DNA of 64,000 nucleotides, taken from positions 9,263 through 73,262 of the forward strand of contig JBKPOG010000107.1 in NCBI GenBank assembly GCA_046732975.1, read 5' to 3'. Positions within the stretch are counted from its first letter, which is position 1, and each line of letters opens with the position of its first letter. Under the pieces are notes generated by a model, which worked only from the letters and a program-made list of their open reading frames with translations, had not been told where the DNA came from and did not search any database. Origin of the DNA: Pseudomonadota bacterium (GTDB lineage: Bacteria > Pseudomonadota > Alphaproteobacteria > Acetobacterales > Acetobacteraceae). A program made the position numbers and the translations under genes. Below, one piece after another: positions 27,961 through 35,565 of this stretch.

Positions 27961-28234
27961 CGCTGACGCCGCTGGACCTGTCGTTCCATCCCGGTGCCAG
28001 CGCAAGGGAAGCCGCCCAGTTTGCGACCTTCATCGAGCAAGGTACGCGGATGTAGCAAGGTCAACGGATGATGCCGTCCAAGCCGCGCCTGCAACCCTGA
28101 CAGATTTCTTCAGCAACACGAAAGCCCCGATCGGCGCCAATCTTCCAGCAGCACTGTAGCTGGTGTCGGCGCGAGTTTGATCGCACTCGGCAGAGCAACC
28201 GGGTCAACCAACCTTCAGGAGATTGGCGCATAAC

Positions 28235-28585
28235 ATGACCGTGAAGCGCATCGTTCCAAATATCACCGCCACTCGTGTTGTCGATGCCGTAAGCTTTTAC
28301 CGCGATGTCCTTGGGCTGGCGGTGGTCATGGACCAGGGGTGGATCGTGACGTTTGCCTCCAACGGAGTTGCAGCACCCCAGATCAGTGTGGCGACCGAAG
28401 GTGGATCAGCAACTGCGGTGCCCGACCTCTCGATCGAGGTGGACAACTTCGAGGAGGTCATGAAGCGTGTGGTCAGTGCCGGGTTGCCCATCGAGTATGG
28501 TCCGGTCGATGAGCCCTGGGGCGTTCGACGGCTCTATGTGCGCGACCCTTTCGGCCGATTGGTGAACATCCTGACTCACCTTTGA
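28235..28585 (+). CDS. VOC (glyoxalase/bleomycin-resistance/dioxygenase) family protein
   Basis: It has VDAVSFYRDVLGLAVVMD...DLSIEVDNFEEVMKRVVSAGLPIEYGPVDEPWGVRRLYVRDPFGRLVNI. An alternative TTG start lies at 28223. Confidence 0.8.
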   Translation: MTVKRIVPNITATRVVDAVSFYRDVLGLAVVMDQGWIVTFASNGVAAPQISVATEGGSATAVPDLSIEVDNFEEVMKRVVSAGLPIEYGPVDEPWGVRRLYVRDPFGRLVNILTHL

Positions 28586-28881
28586 GTCCCGCTATAGTTC
28601 GCTGCGAGCGGAGCTTTCAACGATCCAAAGTTCCTACCCGGGTAGTCCGCGCCGAATTTCCCGTGACCAGCCGCAATCGCGAGCGAACTGTCGCAAAGAC
28701 ACATCGGCCCAATATGCTGAGGCGCTGTGCGATCCCATTGTCACTTGGATCTTGGTGGATGCCATTGGCGACTGGGTCCTGGCCCATCGCGTGGTGTAGG
28801 TGTGGCGAGCTCCCGGGCGGGTTAGGCCACCGGCACTCTCGGCTCGCTGTCGATGGTGCTGAGCGTCGGCACGGAGCCGGC

Positions 28882-29277
28882 TCAGCGCAGGCCCCGTCGT
28901 TCCATGATCTCACCGAGCTTGCGTGACGAACCATTCAGCAATGCGGTCGCCATAGCTCGCGCCGTTTTTGCGGAAAGCTGAAAACCCAGCCATCCAAAAC
29001 CCGAGTGACGTAAAGCCAGTACTTGATCGTCCGTTTCCTTCGCAAAAACACACATCCACTCTGGCTCCCTTTGGCCTCTGATCCTTTCACCGTTTTCCAG
29101 CGTCATAGGAATCTTCTTGGCGAGCTTCTCGCGTTGCTGAGCTAGATGGGTGATCAACCTATCTAGACCGTCCGCATCCATTTCGGAACGCCCAACACAC
29201 TCATCGCCTTGCCAGAGTTCGATCGAGAGGTTGGCTTTTGCGGATTCATCGATGTGAGTTCTTAGATCGAGTGACAC
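28882..29277 (-). CDS. hypothetical protein (131 aa), lower-GC islet
   Basis: The GTG start at 29277 has GGAG 7 nt upstream. I recognise no family. It shares a 23-residue motif with the 176-aa ORF (see findings). Confidence 0.45.
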   Translation of the reverse strand: MSLDLRTHIDESAKANLSIELWQGDECVGRSEMDADGLDRLITHLAQQREKLAKKIPMTLENGERIRGQREPEWMCVFAKETDDQVLALRHSGFGWLGFQLSAKTARAMATALLNGSSRKLGEIMERRGLR

Positions 29278-29344
29278 CGCGGGCTCCGTCTGATCGAGGG
29301 ATGTTCAATCCTTTACCCGTCAGAGCCGCTTCCTGCAAAAGGGA

Positions 29345-29666
29345 CGACCTAAGAGGTCACAACGGGGATGAGTTGCGACCCTATTCTTCGCCTCGCGCCG
29401 CAGAAATAACCTACTTATTGGACCCTGCATTTTGGGGGCAGGGTCTTGCCCTGAGATGGCATGGACAGCGATTGCACACACCCTCGGTTCCTTGCAGATT
29501 GACACGATTGTGGCAGGAGCCGATCAACCCAACCCAGCGTCGCTGGCCCGCGATGTTTCGCCTTGGCATGCGCTTTCATCAGATGTCCAGTACCCGCTCG
29601 GAGCAGGTTTGGAGTAGGTGCTTTGCCGCGATGATCCCGGACCGAACCCGCACCCAGCGGAAATAG
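29345..29666 (+). pseudogene. GNAT (RimJ/RimL-like) acetyltransferase remnant, N-terminally truncated and frameshifted
   Basis: Fragments read AEITYLLDPAFWGQGLA, then (shifted frame) PEMAWTAIAHTLGSLQIDTIVAGADQPNPASLA, then (shifted frame) MFRLGMRFHQ. This is the canonical GNAT motif A/B order, split across two frames. Confidence 0.6.
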
Positions 29667-29700
29667 CTCTGGTGCCACCTAAATAAGCAGGAAGACCTGG

Positions 29701-30231
29701 ATGGCTCTTACACCTATTCGCGGTGCCCCGCCCGGCGCACCCAATCCTGACTTCCCCATTGAAAACCCGGGGGCGAAGCCGGCGCGACCTACCGTTCCGC
29801 CAGCGTCTGCCGATCAGTCGCCAACACCTCCTGTCCGACAGAGGCACACGCCGGTCGAAATAAGCGGTGGCGGTGTCACCTTCAGATTCAGGGTCATTCC
29901 AGAACAGCCAGCCATCGCGCGTGCGAGCATGACCATCCACATCGTCAAAGACGCGGTGGATGCATCGGCCGCGCAAATGCTTGGGTTCCTTCGGATGTCA
30001 GCCGGAACCGCGAGGTCGTTCCTTACCGATCTACGGAATGGGCGTTCTCCCATTCTCGCCATGGGCGACGAGGACGGCGACGTGCAGATCGAATATGGAA
30101 GCACGGACAGCGAGCCTGTCCTGAAGGTGCGCAAGCCGGGGGCACGAGACGTGTTACACTGCCGGACCATCGAAAAGGGACTCGACTTGTCGGCGACTGC
30201 GAACGAGCTTCTTGCCGATCTGGGCGCGTAA
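29701..30231 (+). CDS. hypothetical protein (176 aa) with Pro-rich N-terminus
   Basis: AGGAAG lies 7 nt upstream of the ATG. The first ~50 aa are Pro/Ala-rich and look disordered, followed by a globular part. I recognise no family. Confidence 0.45.
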   Translation: MALTPIRGAPPGAPNPDFPIENPGAKPARPTVPPASADQSPTPPVRQRHTPVEISGGGVTFRFRVIPEQPAIARASMTIHIVKDAVDASAAQMLGFLRMSAGTARSFLTDLRNGRSPILAMGDEDGDVQIEYGSTDSEPVLKVRKPGARDVLHCRTIEKGLDLSATANELLADLGA

Positions 30232-30405
30232 GCCCTGGCCGATTATGGCCTCCGCCACGGCGCCCATCTCCATCAGCTTATCCAGCAGGAGGCCGCACGG
30301 CACCGATACGTCAGTACTAACGATATATTTGGCTGGACAGAAGTGAGCCGGGCAGGGAACGCTAGGCTTGCGCCCATGCACCCCCGCGGTTTGCCGGGAT
30401 GAGGT

Positions 30406-30433
30406 GAGGCAGGCGAGTGCGGGCGCCTGCCTC
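30406..30433. terminator. perfect 10-bp hairpin (GAGGCAGGCG-AGTGCGGG-CGCCTGCCTC) between convergent genes
   Basis: It was read directly from the sequence. It lies 12 nt past the stop of the 612-aa gene. There is no strong U-tract, so it is only a candidate bidirectional terminator. Confidence 0.4.
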
Positions 30434-30444
30434 AAACTTGCGTT

Positions 30445-32283
30445 TCAGCCGTGCGGCAAAACTAGGCTTTGTAGCTGGTTCAATGCCGCCTGGAGATCGC
30501 TCATACCAAGGCTGCCGGTGGGAGCACTCTGCGGTTGCATGAACGGTAAACTCGGCAAAGGTGGCAGGCCGTGAACATAATCCGTGGCTGCCTGGATTTG
30601 AGCGGCCGCACCTTGCAGGTCGGACGAGACCTTGGCCAGCATCGCGTCAATTGCAGCCCACGGGTCGTTGGTAGCTTGACTGGGAGACGAGACAAAGGAT
30701 GACTGTTGTGGGGTGTTGAGAGCCAGGCTGATGATACTGGTTCCAGCCGTGTCGCCGACGCTGTACGAAGCGGTGTCTGTATTCGAGGTGAGACCAAACG
30801 GGACGAGAGTGTTCCACCCATAGCTAACCGTATGGTTGCCATTCACCGAGACGCTGCTTGTGTAAGTTCCCGAAGTGGTCGCGGTGCCAGAGCCCACGTG
30901 CGATATCATGCTTGCACCTGGAGCCAGGTCAGACGAATCGAAGGCGAAACCCCGGACACTGAGTTGATGCTCCGTGACATTGCCAGTGTTGGTGACAAGC
31001 GCTGCACGCAACACCTGTGTGCCGACCCCGACGTTCGGCGCCGTGGTGTAGCCGACCACATTTGGCGTGCTGCCAGTGGCATTCTTGAACGCTGCCTGGA
31101 TGTTGGCAGCGGTCGCGAAACCTGGCATCTGATGAAAGTACCACGTCTGACCGTTATCGAACGATTCGAGGTTCTCGACGTTGACGGTAGCCTTCTGATC
31201 TAAGCCTACCTGTACCCCTTTCCAGGAGTTGTCACCGAAAACAGCCTGCGACGACTGTATCTCGACCATGGTGCCGATCGAGAGCCCGGCATCCATATCG
31301 GCCTGGGTTACGGTGTAGCTGTAGTGCAGCAATTTGGCTTGGCTCGGCAACAGGGTGTCGGTGCTCAGTGTGGTCCAAACACCGTTCAGTTTTTCTGTGG
31401 TTGTTGTGTCGAGAGTGACGTTGCCGGTATTGGCCTCTATGACAGTGAAGTTGATCACTTCGCCGGCATGATCGACCGAGTTCTTATCGCTGGATACCAG
31501 GAGAACCGACGCTTTAGGATCTTGTACGACAGGTGTTGTGACGGTGGTCGATGCATGATCACCCTGATCATCGGTCACCGAGAACGTGTTTGCGATGCCA
31601 CCAGTGGCCCGCGCTGGCGCGGTGCTGACCCCATCGCCGTCTATATCGCTTTGAGTAACATGATACTTGCTGGTGTAAGTCCATGTTTGGCCGACGTCCA
31701 GGTGGTTCAAACTCTGACCGTCGGCCGTCTGGAGCCCCGTCAAGGTCTCGTTGCCGGTATTGGTTACCCTGACGGTATAGTTGATGGTCTGATAGCTGTG
31801 ATCGACTTTGCTATCGTTGCGCACATCGTAAGATGTCGTATTGAAATCTGCTGCGATCGAGAGTCCGGGGAGTTGCAGAACCGGCACGCTTGCCGTGGCA
31901 AAAACCTGGTCGCCATTGTCGTCGGTGGCTCTCGCGGCGATGGCGGCGGTGCCGTTATCGATGTCAGCCTGCGCAACGTTATATCGGCCAATGAACGACC
32001 GCGATTCGCCACCGTCAATCTCGGCATTCTGGCCCAAGATGGCGCCCGAACCGTCATACACAACGACATTGGCGAGGTCGGCGCTGCCGGTGTTGGTTAG
32101 CGTGACCGTATAGGCGAGGGTTTCGCCGGCATGGTCGACAACCTGGTTGGGCTCCGGCAGCAATCCCAGCGTGTCGCCGGGATCGCCGGACGCAAGGTCG
32201 ACGCTCGAATAACCAATCTGATTGATCAGTATAGCAAGGGGAGCGAGGAGCGAATCTGTGCCGCTCTTGGTTAAGCTATCCAT
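30445..32283 (-). CDS. 612-aa protein with tandem Ig-like (DUF11/CARDB-type conserved repeat) modules, no signal peptide
   Basis: Three repeats carry VDHAGExxxYTVTxTNTGNxxL ... VTQADIDxG. The instances are VVDHAGETLAYTVTLTNTGSADL, KVDHSYQTINYTVRVTNTGNETL and SVDHAGEVINFTVIEANTGNVTL. A fourth, divergent module carries LVTNTGNVTEHQL. The C-terminal tail looks helical (DLQGAAAQIQAATDYV...DLQAALNQLQSLV). GC is lower than in the neighbours. Confidence 0.75.
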   Translation of the reverse strand: MDSLTKSGTDSLLAPLAILINQIGYSSVDLASGDPGDTLGLLPEPNQVVDHAGETLAYTVTLTNTGSADLANVVVYDGSGAILGQNAEIDGGESRSFIGRYNVAQADIDNGTAAIAARATDDNGDQVFATASVPVLQLPGLSIAADFNTTSYDVRNDSKVDHSYQTINYTVRVTNTGNETLTGLQTADGQSLNHLDVGQTWTYTSKYHVTQSDIDGDGVSTAPARATGGIANTFSVTDDQGDHASTTVTTPVVQDPKASVLLVSSDKNSVDHAGEVINFTVIEANTGNVTLDTTTTEKLNGVWTTLSTDTLLPSQAKLLHYSYTVTQADMDAGLSIGTMVEIQSSQAVFGDNSWKGVQVGLDQKATVNVENLESFDNGQTWYFHQMPGFATAANIQAAFKNATGSTPNVVGYTTAPNVGVGTQVLRAALVTNTGNVTEHQLSVRGFAFDSSDLAPGASMISHVGSGTATTSGTYTSSVSVNGNHTVSYGWNTLVPFGLTSNTDTASYSVGDTAGTSIISLALNTPQQSSFVSSPSQATNDPWAAIDAMLAKVSSDLQGAAAQIQAATDYVHGLPPLPSLPFMQPQSAPTGSLGMSDLQAALNQLQSLVLPHG

Positions 32284-32641
32284 AAAATTTACCCCTGAAA
32301 ATGCGATGGAAGTATTCTACGTCTTTGGTCGGTCATCGCCCGTGGGCGTATCCGAAAAACTAGCGGAACGTTATAATTACGCAATTTGTCCGTTTGGATA
32401 GTGCACCAATATCCATTGGCCAAGATGGTTAGGCTCCCGGATTCTCAGTGCCGGAATCACTGACCAGGGCCTACCGAGGCAGTGCCCGAACCAGCAGGGC
32501 TTCCGCGTGCAATCGTACTCTGCTTTGCGTCTTGCCCTCTGATCGCCTGTTCAGCTGCGCGGAAATGCAAACCTTGACCAGGCGGTAAGCTCCGCACCGA
32601 AGGTTCGACGTTCCGACAGCTGCGTGTCAGTCTTGCAGTCA

Positions 32642-33907
32642 ATGACAGATGCCACAGACCAAGCGTCGGCCTCGAGCGGGTCGCATGGAGAGATCGGTCC
32701 AGACCGCCATTGGCAGGTCACTCTGTGGGCCATGGTCGGCATCCAGTTCATCATGACCATGGCGTTCAGCTTCCTCAGCCCGATCATGCCGTTGTTTCTG
32801 CCCAAACTCGGCGTGACCACCGAGGCGGGCATCGACCTGTGGTCCGGCATCCTCAATGGCTCGACCTCATTCGTCGCAGCCTTCGCGTCGCCGCTCTGGG
32901 GTCGCCTGGCCGATAATTACGGCCGCAAGCCAATGCTGATCCGCTCCAGCTGCGCCATTGCGTTCTTCACTGCGCTGATGGGCCTGTCGCTGAACGTATG
33001 GCAGTTCTTTGGTGCCCGCGCGCTGATGGGCGTGTTCGCCGGCTTCTCTTCGACCGCAATGGCATTAGTCGCCAGCCAGGTGCCCGAACAGCGTCTGGGC
33101 TACGCCCTCGGTTGGCTCAGCACCGGGCAATTGGTGGGCTCGCTCGTGGGGCCGGTGATCGGGGGCATTCTCGCCGACCTCACCGGCAGCTATCGCATCC
33201 CGTTTTATTGCACCTCCGCCATAACCTTTGCTGCAGTGTTCCTGGTGTGGCGTGGCGTCCCCGAGCGCTTCGTGCGCCCCGATGGCGGCCGTCGCAGGCG
33301 AGGTGGCCTGCGCGGCCTGGCACTGTTGATCGGGGCCACTGGCGTGTTGCCGCTGTTCTTCGTGCTGCTGATGGCGCAGTTCAGTACCCGTGCGGTGCAG
33401 CCAGTGGTAACGCTGTTCGTGCAAGAACTGACCGGACCGCGGCCGGACCTCGCCACCCTCGGAGGTGTTGCCTTTTCCGTCACGGGTCTCGCCGGCATGA
33501 TCGCGGTGCCGCTGCTTGGCAAGCACAGCGACGAGATCGGATACCGTCGCGTATTACTGATCTGCCTGCTGGGCGCCACGCTGACCAGCCTGCCGCAAGG
33601 CTTCGCGCAGAGCTACTGGGTGTTCGCGCTGGAGCGGTTCGGTGTCGGCCTGTTCATCGGCGGCATTCTGCCGACGGCCAACGCGTTGATCGGCCGCATG
33701 GTGCCACGGTCCGACCGCGGCACGGTCTATGGCATGACGGCCTCGGCCAGCTTCCTTGGCAATTCGCTGGGTCCGCTGAACGGCGGCGCGATCGCCGCCT
33801 CGTTCGGCCTGCGCTGGGTGTTCCTGATCACCGCTGCACTGCTGTTGGCCAACCTGATCTGGGTCTATCTGACCGTCCCCGAATATGTGGACGTTGGTCG
33901 CGAATAG
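32642..33907 (+). CDS. MFS transporter, MdtG-like drug:H+ antiporter family
   Basis: It has FSFLSPIMPLFLPKLGV...LWSGILNGSTSFVAAFASPLWGRLADNYGRKPMLIRS...NVWQFFGARALMGVFAGF, which closely parallels E. coli MdtG as I remember it. A GTG at 32624 is an alternative start. Confidence 0.85.
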   Translation: MTDATDQASASSGSHGEIGPDRHWQVTLWAMVGIQFIMTMAFSFLSPIMPLFLPKLGVTTEAGIDLWSGILNGSTSFVAAFASPLWGRLADNYGRKPMLIRSSCAIAFFTALMGLSLNVWQFFGARALMGVFAGFSSTAMALVASQVPEQRLGYALGWLSTGQLVGSLVGPVIGGILADLTGSYRIPFYCTSAITFAAVFLVWRGVPERFVRPDGGRRRRGGLRGLALLIGATGVLPLFFVLLMAQFSTRAVQPVVTLFVQELTGPRPDLATLGGVAFSVTGLAGMIAVPLLGKHSDEIGYRRVLLICLLGATLTSLPQGFAQSYWVFALERFGVGLFIGGILPTANALIGRMVPRSDRGTVYGMTASASFLGNSLGPLNGGAIAASFGLRWVFLITAALLLANLIWVYLTVPEYVDVGRE

Positions 33908-33916
33908 GAGACAGAC

Positions 33917-35326
33917 ATGGCATCCCGGGATGGCGCTGTTGCACGTGCATTGGCGTTCTTCGACAGCAACGGCTTTCGAGACCGGCTGGCGGATCTGGTC
34001 GCGATTCCCAGCACCTCGCAGGACCCAGGCCACGAGGCTGATGTGCAGCGCTATCTGGAAGGAGCGATGCGGCCATGGCTGCAGCGCCTCGGCTTCGAGG
34101 TCTCCATCCATCCCAATCCAAGATCCGGCTTCGGCCCAATTCTGACCGCCGAACGTCACGAGGATGCATTGCGCCCGACTGTGCTGACGTATGGCCACGG
34201 CGATACGGTTCGCGGCCTGGAGGACCAATGGCGCGCCGGGCTTGATCCCTGGCGGCTGCAAGAAGAGGGCGATCGCTGGTATGGCCGCGGCAGTGCCGAC
34301 AACAAGGGCCAGCACGCGCTGAACTTGTCGGCGCTGGAGGCCGTGCTGGACGAGCGCGGGGGAAAACTTGGCTTCAACCTGAAGCTAGTGCTGGAGACCT
34401 GCGAGGAACGTGGGTCCATCGGATTACGCGAGTTCGTCGCCCAGCATAACGAAGAACTCTCGGCCGACGTATTGATCGGTAGCGATGGTCCGCGCGCGAT
34501 GCCAGAGGTGCCGACCATCGCCACTGGCACCCGCGGCACGTTTCACTTCGATCTTGTGGTGGATCTCCGACCGGGCGGCGTACACTCCGGACATTGGGGC
34601 GGATTGACCACAGACCCCGCTGTGGTGCTGACCCACGCAATCGGCACCATCATCGACCGCAACGGGCGCATCCAGGTGCGTGACTGGCTGCCAAGCAATG
34701 GCTTGCCTGCGAGCATTCGCTCGGTGCTGGCGGGCTGCGAGGTCGGCGGGGGTGGCGGGGCCGCCTCGATCGATCCTAATTGGGGAGAACCCGGTCTGTC
34801 GGCAGCTGAGAAGATCTATGGCTGGAACAGCTTCATCGTGCTGGCGATGGTGTCGGGGCGACCGGAGAATCCGGTGAACGCAGTGGCGCCAAACGCTCGG
34901 GCGCATTGCCAGATCCGTTACACCGTGGACACCGATCCGGTGACGTTCGAGCCGGCGTTGCGCCGGCATCTCGACGCTGTTGGGTTCCGCTCCGTGCGGA
35001 TCGAGGACGCCGGCATTCGGATGCCGGCCAGCCGCACCGACCCGTCAGACCCCTGGGTGCGTTGGACAGTCGCTTCGATGGAACGAACGCTCGGCCGGCA
35101 CGTGCAGGTGATCCCCAATTCGTCGGGCGGGCTGCCAGGGGATGTATTCGTGGATCATCTGGGCACGCCGCTGATCTGGGTGCCGCACAGCTACAATGGC
35201 TGCAAGCAGCACGGGCCAGATGAGCACTTGCTAATAGCGCCGGCACGTGAGGGAATCGCCGCCTTCGCCGGCATCTGGTGGGATCTTGGTGAGGAATCTA
35301 CGCCATATGGCGTTCACATCCGCTAA
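33917..35326 (+). CDS. M20 family metallopeptidase / amidohydrolase (469 aa)
   Basis: It has TYGHGDTV, WYGRGSADNKGQ and LETCEERGS, plus a dimerisation-domain layout typical of M20 dipeptidases and carbamoylases. Confidence 0.8.
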   Translation: MASRDGAVARALAFFDSNGFRDRLADLVAIPSTSQDPGHEADVQRYLEGAMRPWLQRLGFEVSIHPNPRSGFGPILTAERHEDALRPTVLTYGHGDTVRGLEDQWRAGLDPWRLQEEGDRWYGRGSADNKGQHALNLSALEAVLDERGGKLGFNLKLVLETCEERGSIGLREFVAQHNEELSADVLIGSDGPRAMPEVPTIATGTRGTFHFDLVVDLRPGGVHSGHWGGLTTDPAVVLTHAIGTIIDRNGRIQVRDWLPSNGLPASIRSVLAGCEVGGGGGAASIDPNWGEPGLSAAEKIYGWNSFIVLAMVSGRPENPVNAVAPNARAHCQIRYTVDTDPVTFEPALRRHLDAVGFRSVRIEDAGIRMPASRTDPSDPWVRWTVASMERTLGRHVQVIPNSSGGLPGDVFVDHLGTPLIWVPHSYNGCKQHGPDEHLLIAPAREGIAAFAGIWWDLGEESTPYGVHIR

Positions 35327-35413
35327 AGCGGCTCGCGCTGACTTAAATCCTGTCCTTCGAACCGGCGGCAATGCGTATGTCGTGGATCTCCGATTGGTTT
35401 GACTGGAGGCAAG

Positions 35414-35540
35414 ATGTCGGGGCGGGCAGAAAAATCGTATTCGCAGGACCTGGCGAACCGCGTGTTGGCGGAGCGGATATGCTAAGTGAGATCGCGCGTC
35501 CGCCTGTCGTACGCGTCGAAGGTTCTTAGCCGCCCCAACA
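35414..35540 (+). mobile_element. remnant of an IS630-family transposase N-terminus (HTH part), frameshifted
   Basis: It reads MSGRAEKSYSQDLANRVLAERIC then stop, followed in a shifted frame by VRLSYASKVLSRPNK. This resembles the KAYSxDLRxRVLAAV...VSxSYVSKVLxR start of IS630-type transposases, as I remember them. No intact transposase or terminal inverted repeats were identified. Confidence 0.45.
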
Positions 35541-35565
35541 AAGTGGCGCTCGTCGCGTGGTCGAT

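Noticed and set aside
30154-30447. In-frame continuation after the TGA stop of the 612-aa gene. A 93-aa ORF lies in the same frame only 3 codons later, suggesting read-through or selenocysteine.
   Set aside because: The extension runs through the strong terminator-like hairpin and into the 3' end of the convergent 176-aa gene. It has poor coding character and no SECIS-like context that I could see. It is most likely coincidental in stop-poor DNA.
32998-34315. A 347-aa plus-strand ORF and a 253-aa minus-strand ORF overlapping the MFS and M20 genes.
   Set aside because: These are alternative frames of genes with clear MdtG-like and M20 motifs, and their composition is Arg/Pro/Gly-rich.
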